Assembly (NCBI RefSeq): GCF_003704095.1
Contig: NW_020846779.1
Location: 248,001-312,000, forward strand
Origin: Pocillopora damicornis
Taxonomy: Eukaryota
Direction of reading: 5' to 3'
Length of the DNA: 64,000 nucleotides
Shown one piece after another: positions 56,301 through 64,000 of this stretch (position 1 is its first letter; every line of letters begins with the position of its first letter). Below the pieces are notes generated by a model that was not told the origin of the DNA, searched no databases, and saw only the letters and a list, made by a program, of their open reading frames with translations. A program made the translations under genes and the position numbers.

Positions 56301-57101
56301 GGTGACCAAGACAGAATTTCACCTAAGAATATCAATACAATAATTTCTAACAGACAGGTGAAAGAAATATATCAATTGGGGATTATTAGTTGATCCAAAA
56401 CCAAAATCTCCAATCTAGCATCAAAAACATAACTAAGTAAATTAAAGAACAAGACAACTTTATATATTTTTTTAAATTTCATTTTGACTTAACTGAAGAA
56501 AGCTAAAACTGTGGCTTTTCTCACACGAAGTAGAAATAACGGGATGTAGCAGAGAGAAAGACGGAAATTGTAATAACTAGCAGATTTGCGATTGCTGTCG
56601 CTCCCTCACGATAGCTCTGATGACACGTCAATCAGTAGATGAGCTGAAAAAGACAGCTGATGATGTAAATTTCCGCAAAAAGAGATTATTAAAGCGAAAC
56701 CTGAAACCCACGCGACTCCCTCGGTGCAGGGTCAGTTTATCGTCTGACAGCACTGGAATACAGTTTACGTAAAGATCACAGTAGAAATTCCTCGTAAAAC
56801 CTTACGTGCAAGAGAGTGAGTAATCGACAATCCCTCGAGTCAGGAATTTTCGGATATATTGACTTACAACGATAGTGAAACTCAAGTATCATATTAAGCT
56901 TTCTTCAGGATTTTAATCAACAAAAACACTTAATCTTGGTGTCGCTGTCCGCTCAGTAGAAATGTCTGGTGACTGCGGACTCATCCTTAAGTAAATTTTA
57001 AAGAAATTAACTAGTACCTAGGCTAGTGCCCGTCTAGTACTTGTTTCATCGTATGTGTTTGGTATTCTATTAATATCCTTTATCTTGAAGCCGGCAGAAC
57101 G

Positions 57102-60100
57102 ATGTGTCGTCCAAGAGTTACTGCAGTCTTGCTCATGTTCATTCCTTGTTTGGTTTTCTCCGCGGAGATTCCGAATATCTTGCCGGGTGATGTTGCTCCT
57201 TCATTTGTTCTTCAAGCAAAGGAAGTAATTCATGGTACCGACGTACTTCTCAGATATGGAGGCAACGATTCCAACATCCAAGGACCCATTGTGTTCCTCG
57301 CGTATACCGACCGCTCAGGATTCTTAGATCGTCTTCTATCCGACCCAGATTGCTTCAAGACTCTGATGGAGAACTCCCCTGACAATACGAATTACGTGTT
57401 TCTTTTTTATGCGACTTCTTCATCTTCGGTCAAAGATGCTGCTGACCAGCTCGCTCGGAGATTTAAAGAAGCAATGTATAACTACTTTTTTCGGTAAGTC
57501 CTATGTCCCTCAGAATTGCTTTTCATTCTCGCGTTAATTAACTACATTGAGATTGTTGTGACCCGAATGAGTTCCGAAATACAAAAGCAGGCTTCTTCAA
57601 GATAGCGATACTAGAGTATTGTGACCCGAAAGAGTTCCGAAATACACGAGCAGGCCTCTTCACAACAGTGATACTAGCTAAGAAATTGCAACATCTTGGC
57701 CGACAAGGACCATTTTTACCTAAGGTGCAATATTTTGGAAAATTAACCCAAGTTTCGTGATCCGGAAGTCACGAATTTCACTTCCTTTCGCTAAACCCGA
57801 GCGGAAATGTTTTTCGCCATGAACACAATGCTGAACGACACTGATACAATCGGAAAGAGGCGCTGAAATTGAGGTTCAGGCAATCTTGATTTTCCGTTTG
57901 TTGACTTCTTTACCTCGGAGGGTCCTGACTTTTTACAACAGTGAGATCAATCCCTATATACATGCCGGCCAAGAGTGAGGTTTATTGGATTAGTAACTCT
58001 GGGATGCACTCATGTATTCATTGAATATAGTGTTGGCCACCCTCATGAAATGAAATAAACATCTGTCACTCTTCAATTCTATTTCATTAAGAGCACTACC
58101 ATCTTGGGTCCGCGGCAGCTGTGAACCTTGCTCCGGGTAAAGGATTCTTAGAACACTTTTGGCAAAAAGCCACCAGCGTAGATTTGCTGTCCAAAGAAAA
58201 CTGAAACCCTTGATATATTAGTTAGTAACACAACATAAACAAAAGGAACTTGAAATAGCACGTCCCAAAAATTATCAAAGTTTACTGCTTACATTACAAC
58301 TGTAAGAGCAGCTGAAACCATTTACTATAGTAATTAATAATATACACGAAAAAATTACGCGGGTCTGATTAGCTGAAAACGAGTGCATTTTTCATGTAAC
58401 ACAAGTGCAACTTACAAATAGCGCGCGCGCTATTTGTAAGTTGCACTTGTCGGAGTATTTTAAGGGGGATCATATGGTTTTCAGGAGGAACAGATGTAGT
58501 TTAGGTAACAGAATATAAATGGGGGAAGATAGAAAATTGACTGCCTATTAACTGCTATTAAAGAAAGGGGGGGGCATATATATTGCATAATCTTATGAGG
58601 CGATCAGGTAAATTTCATCGTGACATAACCAAAGGAAACGTGTGAATCGGAATTTACAGGCTTCATTGCTGTTGCAGATCCAGCAGGTCCCTCGAATTCT
58701 CCCGGGTAAGGAGATTCCCTACCTTGACCGCGAGAATGGGAACATTACTGGATTTCAGTAACAACTGGCTTTCGCGGGTACATATTGCGACATTTCCTGT
58801 ATTTACTCTCGGAAATTGGATCCCGCGGGTGCTATCTCAGTGGTATTGTTCCGGGCACGGGTGTGGCTTTGCCCAGATCGTCATTGAAAATGATAAAGGT
58901 ACTGCCATACATTTAGAGAATTAGTTTAGACACAAGAAATCAACTGTCAGAGACGGACAATCGGGCAGTTTTCCTGAATGTAAGGATTCCATCAACTTAA
59001 CTTTAGTCTCAGACGGAAACGGAAGTTTGTTTCTCCAGACTTCTGCACTTTAGATTCTTGCTTTAAAATAATAATACTAACACTCTTACTCTTAAAAGTC
59101 GTCTTTATCGACAAAACCAATCTCTAGGTCAGGCTTCATGCACACCTATAAGAAACATGCTTCGTTCTGCCGGAAACTGTCAGAAAGGGAAGACAGTGTA
59201 TCTTAAAACTAAGACCAAGAGCTTCTTTTTCTGTTCCCTCTTCGTAAATAATTATAAATACCATTAGCTTTACTTGATCTATTTTGAATTTTCACATTAC
59301 GCATTTTGTACTAAAGTTGTGTCGAATACTATTAGGAAAGGACATTATCCTGTTTTGAGTACGGTCTTATTACCTTTCTTTGTTTAAATATCAATGCTAA
59401 TAACTTGTACTTTTTGACTTTAATGAAGGTGAAATCCACATGGTGTCAAAGCGTTTAGATGCACGCTATGATTGGCTGCCGTCTCCAGACACGCTCGCAA
59501 AATACGGACATTTGCAAGTGGCGTTTGTTGGAGATGCCTGCAATGCCAGCTCGTTTGTGAATCCTGTAAATGGTAAACTTGCCCTCGTTTCAATGGAGGG
59601 CGTCCAATGTTCATACTTTACAAAGGTTAGTTGCTGTTTTTTCCATCGCCCAGAATGCTATTGTCTTTCGCGACATGTACTTGCAGTGCCCATTTAATCA
59701 GCGGGCAGCATAATAATTTGCATATCCTGAACCAGTCGGTTGTGATTGGTCAGCAGGTAAAGCTTTGGGAATACATGAGTCTCTTTGCAGATTTCAGCTG
59801 CTGTCAATCAAACGGTTGGATGCGTAAAGTAAATCCCAAGGTGACATAAAGTGAACAATAGCAATAATGAACAATAGCCACGCTCTTAACAAAGCGTTTA
59901 GCAAATTCGTTTGCAGCGAATAGTCCATTTTACAGTTGTGTGCTTGGTTGCCAAGCCTTTGAACAGGAGTGNNNNNNNNNNNNNNNNNNNNNNNNNNNNN
60001 NNNNNNNNNNNNNNNNNNNNNNNNNNNNNNNNNNNNNNNNNNNNNNNNNNNNNNNNNNNNNNNNNNNNNNNAGCGCCAGCGTCTCAATGAAAGTCCCGGA

Positions 60101-63100
60101 TATGTCGCTGAATTCTGGGCGATGTCTTCAATTTCTCGAAAGCCTTGCCTGATAAACGTTTGTCATGCTATGAGACTATTATCTAGAAAGATGTCACTCA
60201 TCTGAACGCGATCGTGGAACAAAAAAAAAAAGCGCCACCGAGAAATTTAAGCGTTCGACCTTCCAATTTTGCTTTCGGATGCTTTACAAACTGTGAGCAA
60301 AGCCTTACTGTCTTTCACTTTACCCCCCAGGTACAAAACTCTGAGAAAAATGGCGCTCTTGGTGTCCTGGTGTTTCCTGAACCGAACCAGGCTTTGCTAG
60401 ACATGAACTGTAACGGCTCAGAATGTAACACACAGCTCAACATCCCAGCATCCATGATTCCACATAGCATTGGGTTTAATTTGAGCAAGGGCAGTGGTAT
60501 TTATGTCCGTTTCCAGACAACGCCCTCAGACACATTTGTATTTGGAATTGACGGGGAGGGCAAAGTGGAGGAAACCGGTTGGTTTTTGTATCCGTCCACG
60601 CTCTTCATGGCCTATCAGGCCCAGTGGTGAGTTTACTTTAAACTCAGTTTCTGGAGTACTGTACTTTTGTTGTTTGAGTTGTTAGTCGATGGAAGCATTT
60701 ACAGAATACAGGGCCATTAAGGTCGGCACTTTGTCGGCATGCTGTGAAGAACGAGGCAGAACACAAAAGGATCAGTATTATGAATCGGTGAGGGGTAAAT
60801 AAGTGGCCCAACATTCTGTAGTTTTACTGGTCGCTGTATCTCTTTGTATCACTTCCACCAAGGACATCGGATCACGTAATACGTATATGTAGTGACGACA
60901 GAACGCTGTTTACATCTGTACATTTGAAGAGATTGGAGGGTTTATAGTTATCCTCATACATCAGTGTCTCCGCCTCAATCCCGGTTGGCCACGAGTTGAT
61001 TCTCGCTGGCATTGCTTTCGTTTTGTAATAGATACCTGCAACAATGTTTGTCTCATTCCCCCTAGCCTCAGAGCCATGTTAGAATTTCAATATATCGAAA
61101 ATGGCCTATGACAACACTGTTTTCCATTGGGACAAATAACATGTTGGTTGTTGTTGTTATTGTTTTTTTTTTAGTGCAGTTCCGTTTACGTTATCATTCT
61201 CTCCAACAGTAGTGGGAGCTGACCTCCCACCTCGGTCGAGAGCGGAGACATTGTATTGAAGTTCAGTTTTTAGTAGACCAGTGTTTTAGAGAAAAAACCC
61301 TAACATGTCATTACCTTTGTTAACACAGGTTTAATTATAAAACGCAGTTGTTGAAGAACTTGACAACGGGAGATGCGATGGTAATCAACGTGTTCAACCA
61401 CAGTGTGATGCAGGGAGAGAAAGGGGTCAGCGGTACTGTTCATCTGCCTTCTTTGAATGGTAAGATACAGGTATTACGATGCATTCGATTCCCTTCATTG
61501 TCCAGACAAAGGTGATACTTCCCTGAATGCCGGTAAGACGATGTGGAAAACCAATCTGCGCATAGGAAATAGCGAAATATCTCTGAAATTTCGTGAAAAA
61601 TTTGATTGTGTTTAAGGACGAGATTTTAGCACAAACACTGTGATCCTAAAATTTGTTGAAATAAGGTATTCACGTGTTTCTCTTTGTTCTGTGTTCTTAC
61701 TGTCTAGTAAGCTTTGAATTTGTCAGAAATTATTGTGGCAACAAATTGCCAATAACCATTATTTGCCACGCTAAGATCAAGCCCAAAACAACTTTTCTTC
61801 AGTAGTTTGGTTTGAGATCTAAATTGTTTGATATCTCTATTTAAGTTCATTGTGAATGCGGTTTGGTTTTGTGGCAATCACAGCTGACGTTTTCACTTCT
61901 CTTTCTAAGACCTCCAGAGGTACGAACACGTGGAATTGGACTTTGCTTTATCGTGCCCAGGCTCCAGAGACGAAACTTGCGCCAGATGGGATCACGTAAT
62001 ACAGCTGTACGTTTGCTGTAACTCTACAAGTGAGCTATGTGGCCTGGAACTAGGCAGATGGATAACACCCTTTAGACGGTAGGAGTAGAAACCAGAGACA
62101 AGCACATTTGTTAATTTTTTTGTTGATGTCATGATAGATGACGTCTCGAAGGATGCCAGGAAAATGCTTGTTATCAAGTCAATCAGCACACTTTTGAAAT
62201 AGCCGAGAAGATGGTAAAAACATTACAACTTTGATGATCATTGTCTGTTTGTTTCCACACAGACGTATTGGACGCTGGTTAACGCCAGTGAAGCCGCTGA
62301 TTCCTCTGCTACAATCCGCGGACTCCGGCTCAACCAACACTTGTAACTTTACAATGAAAACAGTTCCCTGGGCAATGGCGTGGGTTCCAACACTCAACAT
62401 CAGACTTGTTGGCAAAATACAAGGTATTACTCTGACTCAGCTCTACACAATGAAAAATTTCTTCTCATCAGTTTCACGGGGTGCTTATTAACTATAATAA
62501 TACCTTTTTGTATCCTCTTTAATGTTCAACTGAAGAAGATAACTGAACTCTGGTTTTTCTGTACGTTACTGCTTGACATTTTTACTCACACGTTCATTTT
62601 TATTCACAGTATTAAACAAGTATGAGACATTTCGCTCGAGAGAGAAGACTCTTGTTCCAGTAGAGGTTATACCACTCTTCAGGGGAGGAACATTTGACAA
62701 GAACTACAACACCAAATACAGACCCTTTACTTTTGCTCCTCCACAAGGAACTGACAAAGTAAAGCTTGTCGCAACCATAACAGGCCATGGCAGTGATAAT
62801 AACAACTGCGCCGAGTTCTGCGTCACATCGCATCATTTTGTTGTCAACAACAAACATAACTATACCCGTGTGTTCAAAAACGCCGGCACCGCCCTAGGGT
62901 GTGCTGACCGCGTGCCAGAGGGAGTGGTACCAAATGAGCATGGCACGTGGCTGTATGGGCGGGACGGTTGGTGTGATGGCCAGGAGGTAGTGCCCTGGGT
63001 CGTGGATATAACAAGTGCACTTACAACTCCTGAAAATCAGATCAAGTACTTTGGTTGGTTTAACAATACTGATCCCAATCCAACACGTGACCCTGGTGAT

Positions 63101-63205
63101 ATCATCATGTACTCTTATTTAGTGTACTACAAGTACTTAGCCCCGGAGCCGGACCTCCCTCGGCCAACCACACGAGTAGGAAGTGGACACGACATAAACA
63201 AATAG
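57102..63205 (+). CDS. Secreted/lysosomal peptide-N-glycosidase F-like protein (signal peptide + thioredoxin/AhpC-like + PA + PNGase F domains), 8 exons, 720 aa
   Basis: Exons: 57102-57493, 58678-58898, 59429-59625, 60331-60626, 61329-61459, 61910-62078, 62263-62423, 62610-63205 (2163 nt, all GT-AG, phases consistent). Motifs: signal peptide; GDVAPSFVL; PA domain GKLALV..CSYFTKVQNSEKNGALGVLVF..LNIPASMI; PNGase F motifs CARWDH, ELGRWITPF, ITGHG, CAEFC, GTWLYGRDGWCDG. AATAAA at ~63286. Confidence 0.92.
57556..57680. repeat. Two-copy tandem repeat, 63-bp period
   Basis: ttgtgacccgaa(t/a)gagttccgaaatac..agcaggc.tcttca..a.ag.gatactag at 57556 and 57619. Confidence 0.85.
58401..58450. repeat. Perfect 50-bp spacerless palindrome with (GC)5 centre
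   Basis: acaagtgcaacttacaaatagcgcgcgcgctatttgtaagttgcacttgt is its own reverse complement. Confidence 0.97.
59972..60071. other. Assembly gap (100 N) in intron 3 of the PNGase F-like gene
   Basis: Run of N. Confidence 1.
60205..60300 (-). mobile_element. Possible highly degenerate tRNA-derived SINE head
   Basis: Minus strand gctcacagtttgtaaagcatccg...ggaaggtcg..cttaaatttct..(T)n gttccacgatcg resembles decayed A/B boxes followed by a T-tract. No intact cloverleaf. Confidence 0.3.
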
Positions 63206-63555
63206 TTTGACCTTTGAATGACATTCGAGCCGCATACTCTGATACATGTTACGGCTGGTAATATTTTCACTCGTAACAAAATGCGAAATAAAAATTTCAA
63301 AAGAAGGCGGGGACCGGCAGCCCCTCAGCTCCGAAGATTGTTCTATTCTGATCCATTTTCCCGGCAATTTGGCTATTAATATACATGGCTGTAGAGGACG
63401 AATAGCCTTGCAGCGAAGCGACAAGGGCCGAGAGAAGTGTTTGCATAGCCTTCTGAAAAATTCTTTGTTCTCATTGGCTAAATCGAGCGTATTCAAGGCC
63501 CCTAGTACGGAATATTTGCGTGTAGATGACTTCTCTCCTCCTTTATGGCAATATA

Positions 63556-63892
63556 AGGGTCGTCCACGACGACGACGGTAACGAGGACCTTGTAAAACAA
63601 AATATCTAATGATCAAAACAATAGCTTAGCATGTGCATTTCAATCCTCTGCAAAACAACTACGTGAAATCACCAAAATTTGCGTAGCCTGAGAGCGGAAA
63701 CCCGAGGGTAAATCATTAGTCTCCATTTTGAACTCAACGCCGCTCACATTTGTTATGCTGAATTAAAGGTGTAGCGCTGTAAGAGACGGTAAACACGTCC
63801 AACCATTTGCAAAATTCTGACTTAAAATTTAACATTTTTTTTTTCTTTTGATGTCTACCTCAGCGTTGCCGTCCTGGCTGCTTAATATCCCC
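63556..63892. mobile_element. MITE-like element with imperfect TIR
   Basis: Left end aggg..cacgacgacgacggtaacg; right end cgttgccgtcctggctgcttaatatccc. Confidence 0.5.
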
Positions 63893-64000
63893 AATGTTTT
63901 TGTCCCACGTTTGGTAAATAAGAACCATAATGAACTCAAAATGTGCCATATTCCTATGTCTATTTCACTAATTTCGTCCACAATTTTTGTACCTTGGTGA

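Noticed and set aside
57556-57680. 63-bp tandem unit as a mini-CRISPR
   Set aside because: Only two copies, similar along their whole length; a simple intronic duplication.
57102-63205. Bacterial contamination or very recent HGT as the source of the PNGase F-like gene
   Set aside because: It has seven spliceosomal introns, host-type repeats in the introns, a poly(A) signal and contiguity with CUL1. Ancient HGT remains possible.
63137-63616. 159-aa minus-strand and 111-aa plus-strand ORFs after the PNGase stop
   Set aside because: No recognisable domain, one end lies in a MITE, and they overlap the 3' UTR. They cannot be supported as genes.

Overview
Eukaryotic (animal) genomic DNA, AT-rich and intron-rich. 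It is most likely from a scleractinian coral or other anthozoan; this is an inference from the repeat families and protein sequences. I reconstructed four complete spliced genes by hand, each with consistent splice phases. (1) A PEA3-group ETS transcription factor (ETV1/4/5), minus strand, 8 coding exons, 446 aa. (2) A sclerostin/SOSTDC1 (Wise)-like cystine-knot protein, minus strand, 2 exons, 179 aa. (3) Cullin-1, minus strand, 24 coding exons, 770 aa, with a U12 minor-spliceosome first intron and a GC-AG intron. (4) A secreted or lysosomal PNGase F-type de-N-glycosylating enzyme with thioredoxin-like and PA domains, plus strand, 8 exons, 720 aa. The first 7.2 kb is a 4-copy tandem duplication of what looks like the promoter and ATG-GCG first exon of a gene running off the left edge. 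A decayed Penelope-like retroelement carries a minimal hammerhead ribozyme in its 3' tail. There are also many MITE-like elements, a perfect 50-bp palindrome and three assembly gaps. The most notable points are the intron-containing PNGase F-like enzyme with altered substrate-site residues, the ETV-SOST linkage that matches the vertebrate ETV4-MEOX1-SOST and ETV1-MEOX2-SOSTDC1 blocks, and the sclerostin homologue lacking the NxI LRP5/6-binding motif. No prokaryotic operons, CRISPR arrays, rRNA or intact tRNA genes were found.
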